In this document: positions 1 through 14,374 of the stretch, in pieces
How the letters are laid out: each line of letters starts with the position of its first letter
Numbering within the stretch: the first letter of the stretch is position 1
Source: Octopus vulgaris
Lineage: Eukaryota
Assembly (NCBI GenBank): GCA_951406725.2
Contig: OX597824.1
Coordinates: forward strand, 68,324,001-68,388,000
Direction: 5' to 3'
Length of the DNA stretch: 64,000 nucleotides
Position numbers and translations under genes: made by a program
Notes under the pieces: generated by a model
Database searches by the model: none
What the model was told of the DNA's origin: nothing
The model's input: only the letters and a program-made list of their open reading frames with translations

Positions 1-359
1 CTCTCAACTAGAGCGTGTTTGTCTTGCAAGTTACTTGGCAACCCCAATGGTGCTGGTGCCATATAAAAAGTAACTGTGCTGGTGCCACACAAGAAGCACC
101 TGTGCTGGTTCCACATAGAAAGCACCTGTTCCAGTGCCATGTAAAAGGCACTTATGTGGGTGCTACATAAAAAGCACCCAATACATTCTGTAAAATGGTT
201 GGTATTAGGAAGGGCATCCAGCTATAGATACCAAGCCAAAAGAGATAACTGGAGCTGGTACAGCTCTCTGGCTTGCCAGCTCCTGTCAAACCATCCAACC
301 CATGCTAACATGGAAAACAGACATTAAGTGGTGGTGGTGATGGTGATGATGATGATGAT
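1..359 (+). mobile_element. RTE-3'-tail-type retroelement (family D) with internal ~27-bp subrepeats
   Basis: Repeated aaagcacc.gtgctggtgccacata units, then ggttggtattaggaagggcatccagct and a (gat)n tail. Same tail at 12590-12900, 23700-23990(-), 35900-36290(-), 48420-48850(-) and 55680-55870(-). Confidence 0.7.
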
Positions 360-879
360 TGTATAAATAATATTCAGTTTAAATGATGGCCACAATTATT
401 TCCAGCCTCAGCCAAATATATTGGAAGAGAGGTAAATAGTTGAATAACTGGTACTTTTTTTATTCCAGTTAACCACAACATGTTGGACTTAGAATATAGA
501 CCTGGAACTAATACCATAAGGGATTTTCTCTAATGCTCTACTGTTCATTTCTAATATAAGCAGAGAGCCAGATATTTAGTTTGAGGGTGTCAGTTGATTA
601 AATTGATATGTTGTAATTTTGTTTGTTGTAAAGGAGAGTAGTACAGTGGGTGTATATAACTTTTTTCTCCATCCACTGAATTTGTATATCTTCTGCTATC
701 ATCAGAGATGTCAATAAAATTTTCCAAAAATTCTTTCTGAAACAGTCATATATTTTTGCTATATATATGTACAGTATGGAATTTTATATATATCTTGATA
801 GTGCATTTGCGGTAAACGGTTAGTTTTCGAGTCACTGATATAGCTTTCCAGCTGTTATAAAAAGATATAGTTAGTGAGA

Positions 880-1222
880 AAGGATCTTAAGATGCTGGGC
901 CTTACTGAGGAAATGACAAGGGACTGGGAGATGTGGCAATTTGCTGTTCTTGATAAGCCATGTCAAGCTGAGTAAAATTGTTGTCTTCTGCAATAACAGG
1001 CTTGTCCTTCAAGTGCCAGTACTGTGTTAATGCATCCATGCTGGCGGCACAAAGAAAGCATACTGCATGCTCTGTTAAGCGGTTGGCATTAGAAAGGGCA
1101 TTCAGCTGTAGAAACTATGCCACAACAGACAGTTGGAGTCTGGACGGCTCCCTGCTAGCCAGTTCTATGTCAAGCCATTCAACCTGTACCAGCATGGAAA
1201 GAGAACACTAAATGATGATGAT
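880..1222 (+). mobile_element. RTE LINE 3' end (ORF C-terminus plus 3' UTR)
   Basis: DLKMLGLTEEMTRDWEMWQFAVLDK resembles the RTE ORF C-terminus. It is followed by the family-D tail and (tga)n. Confidence 0.65.
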
Positions 1223-1534
1223 ATATGATTACTGTGTGTGGTATAATGAGTTGGCTTTCTTTTACACTGAGTAGAACTTAGCCATTTGTTGAATCTAGAT
1301 TTATGTTCCACTAAAAATATCCCTTGAAAGCATTGCTCCAGTTTGGCCCCAATCCAAAGACTGAAGCTAGTAATATAAGATTAAAAAAGATAATATTCTG
1401 ATTAAATTGTCTCATATATACATATATACATTTGCATTCACTCAAGCATACATACAAATGCACACACATACACACTCACTCATTCACCTGCATATATGGT
1501 GGTGATATTTGAAACTGGTTCTTTCTGTTTTTAG

Positions 1535-1787
1535 TGCCTCACATAGACCATTTGAGGACTTGGATGAGAACGACTGCCAAAATAAGCATACCTCTAGATC
1601 AGAGATGCAAGAACAGATGTCTGCTCTACAGAATCAAGTTGAAAAATATGAGAGGGAGATAGAGCGTTTTGAGTACCTCAAGTCTGATTGGCAGCTTGAG
1701 AAAGAAGCTCTTGAAGATGTCCTTATGAATTTGCGGAATCAACTGAAGGATAAGGAGTCTGCTAACAATTTGGCTCAAGACCAAAAG
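1535..1787 (+). CDS. TRIP11: TRIP11/GMAP-210 internal exon (first in window)
   Basis: ttttag acceptor at 1533-34 and AAG|gtgagt donor. Coiled-coil peptide ASHRPFEDLDE...EKYEREIERFEYLKSDWQLEKEALEDVLMNLRNQLKDKE...DQK. Starts phase 2, ends phase 0. Confidence 0.85.
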
Positions 1788-3403
1788 GTGAGTGAATTTT
1801 TATTTTATTTAATCTTTAATACTGCTCTAGGGGGTTCTTAGTAGTTGATTATTTACGTGCTGTGGTAGCATCATTTATTTATTTAGCTACCTATAGAACT
1901 CCCCCCTCTATCTACATTTCTAGCTACCTATACTCACTAAATGACATTTCTTTTGACACTTTACATTCTGAGTTCAAATTCCAGTGAGGTTGACTTTGCC
2001 TATCATCCTTTCAGGGTCGATAAAATAATGTACCAATCAAGTACTGGGGTCAATGTAATTCACTCACTTCTTCCCCAATATTTCAGACCTTGTACTTATA
2101 GTAGGTGTGTGTGTGTGTGTATGTATATGTATATGTATCTGAATATGTTTTTGTCTTCCCTTTGTCTGGATTTTATTTATCTGCTGCGTAAAAATAAGGT
2201 CCCTTTCCCTACAAATTTCGTTGTTTACCATCTGCTGTGAAAACCTTTGAGCTTTGTGCTGTACATTGCTTGAAGGACAAAATACAATAATACATAAAAA
2301 CATAATAATCTTATTAGGAATGAATTATGAATCCAAGCTACACTCCCAGACCAGAAGTGCACTTTAGATTAGAGGTGATTGGCCATGTGGGCTGGATTGA
2401 ATCATAAATTAGATCTCACAGGCCAGACAGAGACAATTATTTCTACAAATCTTCATGATGCCAGTTAAAGTAAATGGGTAAAGGGACCAATATCACCATG
2501 TTTAATTAAGCATTACAGTGAGTGGTATTTGTAGTAGAAATCAGACCAAAGCAGACACTGGAGCATTACGCAGTCCTTAGACTCATCAGATCCCGTCAAA
2601 CCATCCAGCCCTTGCCAGCATGGAACATAGATGTTAGATGATGATGATGATGATGATAGAAAGTAAAAAAATGATTGAGATGTTAACAGAATTTGTGTGC
2701 AGAAATGTGTGGAAAAAGTAAATTCATATTGTGTGCATGCACACATAAACACACACATACATACAATCCTATTAAGACTCCTTAAAGTGAGAATGAAAAT
2801 AGAAGAAATTGTCTAAATGCGTACATATAATTCTTGACAAAACTAGTTCTTGATAGACGGTGTCCGCTGTTTTAGCTGCAAAACCTTTCATTATTATTCA
2901 TATCACTGGAATCCATTTGGCAAACATGTCTGTAAACTAAAAACAAACAAGAAACTTTATTTGGCTGAGTGTGTATAGACTAAGTGAAGGGAAAATAAGT
3001 CACATATTTTACTATATCAATTTATAATCTTCGTGATCGGTTGAGATTCCCTAAGATGTCTGTTTTCACTAATCAGAACTGGTGTTAACCGCAACTGTAG
3101 TCAAACTCATCTCTGACTCTGAAAGCATGTTAAGGATATATATTTAATCGAATAGTTTATATTTCAAAAATAATAATTACAAATTTTTAACATGAAATTG
3201 AGCAACCTAAATCTGCCTGTGACGAGGCTAAACATTACCAAAGACCCGATCTGGCTTGCAGGTTATGTATTCAACCCCTTTGCATTCGATGCTCAGCTCT
3301 CTTTGTATTTATAATTTCAAATAAATTGTACCTATTAAAAAAAAAAATTTCTTTAAATAATTTTGTTCTTTTTTTCTTTTTTTTTTTTCTTATTTATTTG
3401 TAG

Positions 3404-3463
3404 GAATTGGCTGAAGTTGAACGGCAAGAGAAAAACAATGATGATGACATATCTTTTGAAACG
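3404..3463 (+). CDS. TRIP11: TRIP11 internal exon (60 bp)
   Basis: Long poly-T tract plus tag acceptor, ACG|gtaaat donor. Encodes ELAEVERQEKNNDDDISFET, phase 0-0. Confidence 0.75.
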
Positions 3464-4799
3464 GTAAATAGACATCTTTTTCTTTGGTGAAGAAATAATT
3501 CCTATACATGATTTTAAATTTAATTTATGCTCATCTATAAATATCTTTTACTTTCTCTCTCTCTCTTCTGAACTTAAGTTAAATTTAATACAATCTAATG
3601 CTTCAGTGTCAGACTGACTAGTGAAAGAACAGAATTGGTTATTTGGATTGAGAATTACTTTTCTTCAGTTTCTTTTATTCTTTATGTTTATAAACCATTT
3701 TTTTTCTTAAATTTTGTTTTAAAGTCTGAAATTTTTGGTTTGGTTTTATTTGGAATTGTATAAGATATTTTTGAAGATTGGAATAGAAATATGATAAGTA
3801 AGGGAACATATGGAATATATATATATATTAATAAATCCAAACTGAAATTCAATTAAAAAAAAAGAACTAATATATTATGTATCAGATATAAATTTTAGTT
3901 GTGAGTTGTCATTGTTTTTTTGCATTTTTTATTAACCTTTCAACTGTGAAGTTGAATTTCCTGGATATTCCTGTAATACTGTTAAATATCTCTCAGAAAG
4001 TAGAACTCAATACACTTGACATATATCAGTAAAACTAATTTCAAACATGATATGCTTCCACAAAAGATAGATTGATATATAAAACTGCTTTCTGCAGTTG
4101 AAGGTAATGAAAATTTGAGTGGATACATCAGATTTCCATAGTAGCAGTAGTGGTATGGGCAGATGTCCTGTAACAGCGCTTCACTCCATCTACCATTTGT
4201 TGGTGGTTCCCTACTCCTGGTGGATGACACTTCTGCACCACTCCGGTGATAACCCTCTAACCCATGGGTCTGTTTGAGCAGTGGTTGCTAGCGAGAGTTT
4301 TATGAGGTCAAAGTGCAAATGCTACCACAACCTCTTTCAGTTTCCTTTTATGACATGCAGAGGAAACAGGTTTATTGTCTCTTCTTTAGCATGCTGGTCC
4401 CTACTCTGCAGTAAAGGGGTTACATTGCACTTTTAGATGGAAATTCAATGTTTGGTTTCAAACAATAAATTTGATATTCTCAAGGTGAAAAATACAGAAG
4501 CTAACCTTTTACCTAAATTGTTATCTTTGCAACAAAGAAATTCAAGAGAATAAATTTTGTAGACTCACACAACAGTGTTAACCAGGAATTATATTGTAGA
4601 ACTCAAAGAAAATCAAGATTCTGGCATTCAGCATCAATGGCAATCATTGTTGCTTGTTTGTTAGATTCCTCACTAATTATTTCTTATATCCATCTCAATT
4701 TAGTTTTGTTTCTTCTTCTCAGTTTAATTATGTTGCATGTAACATAATGTATACTTTCGCTTGATAGCATTCTGTTGTGATTAATTGGTTAAATTCAAT

Positions 4800-5330
4800 T
4801 TTGAATTAATTTGTGACTGTTATTTAACTAATTATATTAGTACTAATTACTAACTGATCTTGCTAATTGTACATCACAGTTACTTTTGGTAATTTTCCAC
4901 CAGTATCAAGTAATATAAGAGATTGATTGTTGTTACTAACGTTTACTGTCATGGTTACCTTGGTAATTAATCTGTGACATTACTGGCATCTTATAATTAA
5001 TCTGTGACATCATTATTATCTTTACTAGTTAATTGGTGATATCATTCTTATCATACTAGTTAAATGGTGACATCATTGTAACCTTACTGCCTAATCTATA
5101 TTACCTTTCTTCGTAAACCAATTTTTGATGTAGTTGTTACTTTATTAATAAACGTACATTTTTTCACTAGTATTAATTAGTTGATGACATCACTGCTTCC
5201 TTACTAATGAATGTATGGTTACTAACTGGCTAATGATCTCACTGATATCTTACTCTTGTGAACACTTTACTATCCGATCTATAATATTTACCTGCTACCA
5301 TTTGATATTATTACTGTATAATATCACTCT
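4800..5330. repeat. Degenerate ~31-bp minisatellite
   Basis: Recurrent unit (c)ta(a/g)ttaat(c/t)(t/g)gtgacatcatt.ttatc.tta. Confidence 0.65.
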
Positions 5331-6239
5331 CAGCTTAATTTATTCTTCCAGCTTATATTGACAGCATTTTTTTTTCCTCTAGCTGCTAAGAAAACAATCG
5401 CCAGAAATAAAGGACAGCCAATTTGACAGTATTCCCTTCTCTACTTCCATCTAAAAAAAAAAAAAAAACCCCAGAAATTGTTATTTAGAAACTTTATCAA
5501 TCTGCTTTTCATTATTATTCAATTAATATTATGATCTTGTAACAGCCACCCTTGTCATTTGCTAAGAAGGAAAAGGTTGGCTTGCCTTCTCCAACACAGC
5601 AGTTAGACATCTCTCATAAAACAACTGGTGCGTCTCAACTTGTAAACAAAGGAGCTCACTGACCATTGTTCTCACTTGGTCTATTAAGTGTTTTGTTTAT
5701 ATTTCAAATGAAACAGACAGGATCAGGGGTAGTTTGCATCTCTGGATGTTAAACACATTGATAAAGCTATTCATTGTAGATTAAATCACTAAGGCAGTAA
5801 GCTGGCAGAATCATTAGCACACTGGACAAAATGCTTAGCAGTATTTCATCCATTTTTACAGTTTTAAGTTCAAATTCTGCCAAAGTTGACTTTGCTTTTT
5901 TTATTCTCCCAGGGTCAGTAGAATAAGTATTAGTTAAACACTGGGGTGGGGGGGTCTATGTAATCGAATTACCCTCTCTCCCAAAATTGTTGGCCTTGTG
6001 CCAAAATTTGAAATCTGTATTTCTTCAGATTAAGATATTTTCAAATATATCTCACCTTCTTACAATAAAAGCTGTCTACAAGTGATAATGTGAAACTCAG
6101 AGTTATGGTTGTGTAAAATCTCAGTGTGATTTGCTATTATTATTATAAATTCTACTTCAGGTATTGAGTAATATGTATATATACATATGTGCTGTTTCTG
6201 TTTTTGATAGGATCAGCATATCTATATGTGTATCTATAT

Positions 6240-6465
6240 GTGAGCTGGCAGAAATGTTAGCACGCCGGGCGAAATGCGTAGCCGTATTTCGTCTGCCGTT
6301 ACGTTCTGAGTTCAAATTCCGCCGCGGTCAACTTTGCCTTTCATCCTTTCGGGGTCGATAAATTAAGTACCAGTTACGCACTGGGGTCGATGTAATCGAC
6401 TTAATCCATTTGTCTGTCTTTGTTTGTCCCCTCTGTGTTTAGCCCCTTGTGGGTAGTAAAGAAAT
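6240..6465 (+). mobile_element. tRNA-derived SINE family B (young copy)
   Basis: gagctggcagaaatgttagcacgccgggcg...gagttcaaattccgcc (B box)...cctttcggggtcgataaattaagtaccag. Other copies near 1955, 5791, 9480, 16555(-), 53020, 54290, 57470(-), 63010(-) and 63525(-). Confidence 0.85.
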
Positions 6466-6844
6466 ATATATGTGTATGTGAGTGTGGTGTTTCTTTTTTG
6501 ATAGGATCAGTATATTAAAGTACATAATACTTTTCTGAGGTAGAAATATTTCATATGCAGTATCTTATAATCTTTGAAATATCAACTTAAATTTCATGTT
6601 TAGTGAAAGTTACCTGGTTATCTCATATTACCATTGGCCACCTTGAGGCACAACCCAGGCTGAAGGAGAAAGTGGCAACAACTTGGACTAAATGAAGCTA
6701 GTTATCTTTCTCTAAACCTAACTTAAATTGTCTATAAGATTGTAAGATACTCTATGTGTGAGTGTGTGTGTGTATATATGTATTTATAAATCTATGTATG
6801 TCTATATATTTATATGTTGATAGACATATGTATATCTACATATT

Positions 6845-6845
6845 A

Positions 6846-6891
<46 letters not shown>

Positions 6892-6908
6892 CATATATAT
6901 ATATATGT

Positions 6909-6961
<53 letters not shown>

Positions 6962-7080
6962 TATATATATATGTATATATATATATGTGTATATATATAT
7001 ATATATGTGTATATATATATATGTGTATATATATATGTATATATATATATTTATATATATATTATATATATATATACATT
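6845..7080. repeat. (TG)n/(TA)n microsatellite directly upstream of an exon acceptor
   Basis: Direct reading of the sequence. Confidence 0.95.
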
Positions 7081-7101
7081 CATATAATCTTTGTCTTAAA
7101 G

Positions 7102-7308
7102 GCTGAGTATTTACTAGACAAAGCTGCTGCCAGCTTATATCCGCTAAAAATGGGTTATCTGCGTGAACCACGCTCTATGAACAGTGATGAGGAAGATGCT
7201 AGCAGCGACTTCAGCGTTGACATTGAGAAGTTTGACCGGCAGGTGGCCCTGCTCACGCAGGCCAATGCCGATTTGGAAAGGGAGAGAGAGTATCTACTCC
7301 AAGAAAAG
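7102..7308 (+). CDS. TRIP11: TRIP11 internal exon (207 bp)
   Basis: aag acceptor and AAG|gtttgc donor. Encodes [16 protein letters not shown]...[30 protein letters not shown], phase 0-0. Confidence 0.75.
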
Positions 7309-7606
7309 GTTTGCATGACCCTTGGCTACTGTTGTCCATCCGTGTCACTTCCCGCCTTGTCTTGCCTTGCTGTTTTGCCTTATTCTTCTGGTGCCTTTTT
7401 CACATATTTAGACATTTGTTGTGATAGTAGCTTGTTGATGTTTGGGGCCATGTTTTTTTGTTTCTTTTTCTTTTTTACTTTTATTACTATTGTTCTTTCC
7501 ACTCTCTGTGCATTTCTTCTTGCTTGCTTTAGTTTGGTTTCCAAAATATAGAAGAACCTACATACCATCACCAAATCCTTTTCCATTTGAACATGTGCGT
7601 CTGTCC

Positions 7607-7657
<51 letters not shown>

Positions 7658-7664
7658 GTATGTA

Positions 7665-8450
7665 TGAGGCGGTACCCAAAAGTAACCAGAAATATTTTCT
7701 GTGGGACAAGCCCATTATAGCTCAAGCTTCCACTGCTAGATGCAACCCTCTGGCATCAGTCTGCTGACTGGTGCCATTGGCTGATGTCATAGTGCCATGT
7801 AGTGCATCTTTATTTTGCAGTGCTTCTTCCCTATTTGTTGATTTTTGCAATGGCTGAAATGAAGGAACAGCATGCTTCCATGAAATTCATGTTTTCTGCT
7901 GGAGAAAACAGTGGCCAAAACAGATGTCATGTTTCTAACAGCTTACAAGGATATTGTACCATGAGCAAAACACGAATTTATGAGTGATTTCCACTCTTTA
8001 AGAATGGTCATTTGTCGCTTGAAGACCAATCTCGTCCAGGACAACTGTCAATGTCCTGAACAAATGGAAACATCATGAAAATTCATGAAGTGATCTTGGA
8101 GGAATGTCACCAAACAATTGATGAACTTGTTGATATGATTGGTGTGTCCTGGAGCTCTTTCCAATGAATTTTGAGTGAGGAATTGCGAATGAAAAGTGTT
8201 TCCACAAAATTTATGCCTTGCTTGCTCATGGAAGATTAAAAGCAGTCACGACAGCTGAATGTGTGTCATGAACTAAAAGAACAGTTGGAAGTTGGTCCGG
8301 ACCTTTTTCTTTGAAGGTCATCACTGGTGACAAAAGCTGGTGCTACGGAATTTGCAGATGTGGAAGAGGTGAAGGAAAACACGACGGAGGTGTTAAAAGA
8401 CATCACTTCACTAGGGTTCCAGCACTGCTTCAAACAGTGAAAAATGCACC
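7665..8450 (+). mobile_element. Degenerate, internally deleted mariner (Tc1/mariner) transposon
   Basis: Frameshifted mariner HTH N-terminus (MAEMKEQHASMKF...MSKTRIYE*F..FKNGHLSLEDQSRPG), ITGDKSW and C-terminal FADVEEVKENTTEVLKDI. TIR-like start tatgaggcggtacccaaaagtaacc. Confidence 0.8.
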
Positions 8451-8609
8451 AGATAGAAAATTTTACCTTTGTACATAATTTCCATAAAATCTTCAATAGA
8501 TTCACCATCAAATTATCATACTCCTCCACTTCAAACATAACTAACAGTATAGTTACTATGAATAATCAGAAATTATGTGACGTACACACAGACACACACA
8601 CACGCTAAT

Positions 8610-8644
<35 letters not shown>

Positions 8645-10569
8645 CATACACATATTTTAACTTTTCAAATAATACTTTGGAAAACTTAAAGAGCCAAAGA
8701 TTTTGGACCTCTGTCAGTATTTACAGCATTCATAAATAATTTTTTTATGCTCAACTACATTAAAAATTAGAATTGAGATTTTTATTTTATTTTCATTTGT
8801 GGTTGCTCTTATGAACACATTCTGATATACACACACACACATATATATCACCTGCTTCTTTTTTTGCCATTTTGATTTTCTCTTATGAAATGTCTATCTA
8901 GTGGTAATTAGTTGTTGTTGTTGTTGTTGTTAACATTGATGTTGTGGTGGTTGTGGTTTACTTTACAAACATGTTGTTCCTTCTGGCACAACAACAGACA
9001 AGAAATCTTTAAATTCCAGCAGGTGGACAAAGAACTATTTCAGTTAATATCAGCCCAATGTTTGACCTAAAGTTTCTTCGTCATTTGTAAACATTAATTT
9101 GAATATCTTATTTTGTTTTGGTCCCAGTTACATGGTTTCAGGTTCAATCCTACTATGCAGCACACTGCACAAGTATCTTCTACTGTAGCCATTTGTTGAC
9201 CAAAGCCTTGTGACTGAAATTTAGCCTACAGAAATCTTGTAAAAGCCCTTTGGAGGTGGGAACTGTCCCAGTCCTTTTATGTAGGCTTAATCTGTTGCCT
9301 TGTTTAATGATTCTTCTTGGTCCTGAGGTGCTGTAAGCAAAAACCAGTCTGTTGTAAGCTTATGGGCCTAGTATTTGGTCTGGGAGTTACTTCATCTCCT
9401 TCTCCCATCATTATTTTCATTTGTGGTTGCTCTTATGAACACTTTATTATTATTATTATTATTATTAATGGTGATAAGATGGTGAGCTGGCAGAGTCATT
9501 AGCATGCTAAACAAAATGCTTAGCGGTATTTCGCCCATGGCCGCCACATTCTGAGTTCAAATTCTGCCATGGTCAACTTTGCCTTTCATTCTTTCAGGGT
9601 TGATAAATTAAGTACCAGCGAAACACTGGAGTCGATGTCATTGACTCGTCCCCCACCCGCAAATTTCATGCCTTGTGCCTTTTGTAAAAAGGATTGTTAT
9701 TAAAGGTGATGAATCATTAGATCTTTACATTCTGGTTTCAAATCCTGCCTATGTCATCATAGCCTTTCATCTTTTAGAGTCAATAAAATTAAGTACCAGT
9801 CAAGTACTGGAGTTGATGATACAGACTAAACCTCCTGCACTCACTTCAAAGCTTCTGGACTTAGGCCAAAAAAAAATTTGAAACCATTATGATTATTACA
9901 TTAAAGGGGGTTGTTGGGTAAGGCTTGAACAATGTAAGAAGATATAAAGTGGGCTACAAAAAGAAAACTAAACAAAGTTGGAGTTTTACCTTATATATCT
10001 ATATTATGGGGTTATGACCCTTTCTTGAGGACATGTGGACAAGTGTGCGATAGAAAAAGGTCATTGCTCAAATGTGTGAGAAGGAAGGTGACATGCACAG
10101 ACTGGTTCCTATTGCAGGACCAGTTTTTGCATGTAACCTTTCTTCCCCACACATCTGAGCAACAACCTTCTTCCCTCACTCACTTATCCACATGTCATGA
10201 AGCAGGGTTTATTGCCCTGAGATATAGCAATATAAGGTAAAACCCTAACTTTGTTTCGTTTTCTTCTTGTAATTTATTCTATATCTTCTCACATTGTTCC
10301 AGCCTTACCCAACCAGTCTCTTTATTGTAATATCACACAATACTTCACCAAAACTACTTCATAACTATTCTTGTTATTCCTTCATAACACAGTGTAGGTA
10401 AAAATGCACCGGAGTCTTTAGTCATCTGTCAAGTCACATCAAGGATCTCAGACAGATAATACTTTCCTTAAGATGTGTGCTGTGCCCAGTAAGGCTGCGT
10501 TTTGCAAAACATCAATCTTGTATGGATTGTTGTTATTGTCATCGTCGTCATCGCCGCCACCGCCACTGC

Positions 10570-11455
10570 AAACTGGCAGAATCATTAACACGCAGAGCAA
10601 AATGCTTAGTGGCATTTCATCTGTCCTTACCTTCTGAGTTCAAATTCCTCCAAGGTTGACTGCCTTGGATAACTTTCAGGGTCAATAAATTAAGTACCAG
10701 TTGTGTACTGGAGGCAGTCTAATTGACTATCCCCCTCCCCCTAATTTCAGGTCTTGTGCCTAGAATAGAAAGGATTACTGAGCTAGCAGAATCGTTAGCA
10801 CACTGGGCAAAATGCTTAGCAGTATTTCATTTGCTATTACCTTGAGTTCAAATGTCTTCGAGGTCGACTATGCCTTTCATCCTTTTGGAGTCGATAAATT
10901 AAGTACCAGTTGAGTACTGGGGTCGATGTAATTGACTATCCCCCTCTTCAAAATTTCAGGCCTTGTGCCTATAGTAGAAAGGATTATTATTATTATTAAG
11001 GCAGCAAGCTGGCTGAATCTTTAGCATGCCGTGCGAATTGCTTAGTTGTATTTCATCTGTCGCTACGTTCTGAGTTCAAATTCCGCCAAGGTCGACTTTA
11101 CTTTTCATCCTTTAGGGGTTGATAAATCAAGTACTAGTACTGAGGTCGATGTGACTGACTGTCCCCCTCACCACAAAATCCAGGTCTTGTGCCTATAGTA
11201 GAAAGTATTATCATTATTATTATTAGTAGTAGTAGTAGTAGTAGTATTGCAATGAACTGGCGGAATCATGTTATTCAAAATGCTTAGCAGCATTTCTTTT
11301 GGCTCTTTATGTTCTGAGATCGAATTCTACTGAGCTTGACTTTACCATTTTTCCTTTCAAGGTCAATAAAATAAGTACCAGCGGAACACTGGGATCTATG
11401 TACTCCATTTAACCCCACCTCCCCTAAAATTGCTGGGCTTGTGCAAAAAAATTGA
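10570..11455 (+). mobile_element. Head-to-tail array of four family-B SINEs
   Basis: Four ~210-bp units, each (g)ctggcagaatc.ttagca...gagttcaaat...ccttgtgcctatagtagaaaggattatt, separated by (tta)n or (tag)n. Confidence 0.8.
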
Positions 11456-11739
11456 ATTTTCTGTGCTTTGCATTTTGGAATGTGGTTTGCTGTTGCTAGT
11501 AGTGATTTATATTTTTTATCACTTGTTGTTTAAAACATAAATTATTTGTAAATTGCTGTTTTAGTTATTCTTGCTAATTAGTTTTTTTTGTTGTTGTTAT
11601 TGTATTGTTTGTTACTGTTGTCTTTATCTTGCATTTAAAAATTTTTATTGTATTTATATTACATTAATTTTATTGTGACACTGTCTCTGTACAGCTCCCT
11701 TCTGGTGGCAACCCAGATACAGTTTTGCTATATAAGGGC

Positions 11740-12210
11740 ATTGTTGCTATAACAATATCATTGTTATATCATAATAATATCTTTTATAATGATATTGTTA
11801 CTATATCATACAAATGTCTTTGTAATATTGTACAGAGATTGTTGTCATAATTTAATGGTATCATTGTTGTATCATAATGATATTGTTGTTATATCATAAA
11901 GATATTGTATCATAGTGATATTATTGCCATATCATAATATCATTTTCATATCATAAAGATATTGTTATATGAAGATGATGTCATTATTGAATCATAAAAA
12001 TATAACTGATATGAAATAATGTTATTGTTGTTATATGATAAATATATCATTGCTATATCATAAAGATCATTGTTATACTAAAGATATCACTATTATATTG
12101 GGAAGTTACTATTCTTATATCATTATCTACAATGGTATAGCTATGTTACAAAGATTCAATATACATAAGGATAATTTTAATATCCTAAAGATATCATTAT
12201 CATTGTCATC
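11740..12210. repeat. Degenerate ~20-bp AT-rich minisatellite
   Basis: Recurrent gatattgttatatcataa(t/a) units. Confidence 0.65.
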
Positions 12211-14374
12211 AATTTAACATTCTCCTTCCATGCAGGCATGGATTGGACAGTTTGATGGGAGCTGGCCAAGTAGAAGACTACTCCAGGCTATTGTGTCTGT
12301 AACTACATTTTTTCCCCCCATTGTGCCCTCTAGACTTACAGTTGAGCGATGTCTTAAATGGTAATTACACAGTTGGTTGTTGAGCCAATGTGGAAGTCTC
12401 ATGTTTTCACTCACTATGCCACTGCACTGTTGTTGCAACTTACTGTCTGCGGTAATGCAGGCAAGTTGGAAAATGGCAAGATATTTAGAAATATCTTGAG
12501 GCAAGTTGGAAAATGGCAGGATATTTAGAAAACTCGATTCCTTTGCAATACAGTGCAGTATTCTCACCCTTCTCTGAGTTATGAGGTGCTTTGCTGTACT
12601 CGAGAAGACCTGCCCACCACAACAGAATTGAGATCCTAAAACCAAGGTACCACATAAAAAGTATTGGTGTGGGTGTTGGTGACATATAAAATGACACCAG
12701 CACTGGTGCTGATGCCATATAAAAAGCACCTAGTACACTCAGTAGAATGGTTGATGTTAGGAAAACATCTAGCTGTAGAAACCAAGCCAAAACAGACTAT
12801 GGTACTTAGTGTGGCCCCTGGCCTTGCCAGTTCTTGTCAAACCAGCCAGCCCACCCATGCCAGCATGGAAAATGAACATTAATTGTTGTTGATGATGGTA
12901 ATAACAGTTTTATTTGGTTCCATAGAACTGAATCAAACTGTTTCTTAGTAATGTATGTGTCTCCTACTAAATCTATTGAGTGCCACTTTCTTTCATTTAT
13001 CCATTAATTTTCATGGACATACACACATTAGGCCTTGTGCCTATAGTAGAAAGGCTTATTATTATTAAGGCAGCAAGCTGGCAGAATCCTTAGCATGCCA
13101 GGTGAATTGCTTAGTTGTATTTCTTTTAACTTTTAAAATGCTGCTGGTATGTTCTACCTTATTCAATGTGCTGTCAATCACGAAAGATGGAAAAATCACT
13201 CCTCAAAGCAGTTGCTCACTCTGCTAGAAATAGTGACCAAAATTACCTCAAATTGCATGCAATTCTCCTGAAAAAGAGGCATTGGAACACACTAGCTTAT
13301 GTAGTTGTAGGTACCTCTATACAGAGGAAATGGTCACAGCTAGATTATGTTAATTACAGGTCTACTTGATTAAGTTTAATGGTTGACCTGGTGTTCATAG
13401 TTTTTTTCTTTTTCTTTTTTTTTTTGGCTGGTGGGATTTTTCACTGCGAATGCCACATTTATTTCAATGTTCTTAAATTTGTTTTAACCATCACAGGCCA
13501 TGCTACATGTTTGTATTTTTTCACTTTGTATAACTGCTGTAATGTCATAAATGCTTTCTGAATGAATTAATTGAACACAGTAGATAATGCTTTCCCTGAA
13601 GGTTGTTGATGCATTGCTTTACATTCAGATTTCAAGCCCTGATTGTTTGTTGACCTCGTCTTTCATGCTTTTTTATTGTAGCTTATAGATACTAGTTAAA
13701 CACAAGTATCAATCTGACTGGACTCTTCCTTAATAATTGTGTGGTCTTGAAAGTATGATTTTTTATGTTTGTGTGTGTGTGTCTGTGTGTCTGTGTATAC
13801 ATATATGATATATATTATATAGTGTAATTTAGAATTTAAATTACATGACAACCAGTATTTAATGCTCCATGTGTATTCTCTAATATCTGAATGAGGACTA
13901 GTCCTTGTACCATTTTGCAGGAATCTGCACTTCGGTATGTCCAAGTAAAGATACAGTTCATATATAAAGCAAAAAAGGAGAGATCAGTTATAATATATTT
14001 TACACCATTTTCATTAACAAAGAATGATTATTTAATGTAAATTATATAATCAAATTGCATTGTCAAATCTTCAGAAATATATAACATACATCAGTAATAT
14101 TACTGGACTAGTGACAGTATTGCCATCTTCATCACCATCATTGGACCAGCTAACAGATTTTTCTGAGTATGGCAATGCTCTCACTAATTCAGTAATTTTA
14201 CAGATGAATTATTTACCTGCAATGAAGGAGAACTAGAAGAACACTTACTATAGTGGAGGAGTTACCCTTCTAACATGTGCAATTTGAACAACCTGTGTAA
14301 CTGAATAAAAAAAGCTTATGCCTACTTTTGCTATACATAGTTACATATAAAATATACCTACTATATTTACAGCG

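Noticed and set aside
5383-5454. Phase-0 acceptor reading LLRKQSPEIKDSQFDSIPFSTSI*
   Set aside because: Ends in a stop followed by a genomic A-run, with no phase-compatible donor; there is no further support for an exon.
14204-14253. Apparent acceptor ttttacag followed by a DELFTCNEGELEEHLL-like peptide
   Set aside because: Out of phase with the upstream phase-0 donor and stops quickly in the frames read; the flanking exons already join in frame.
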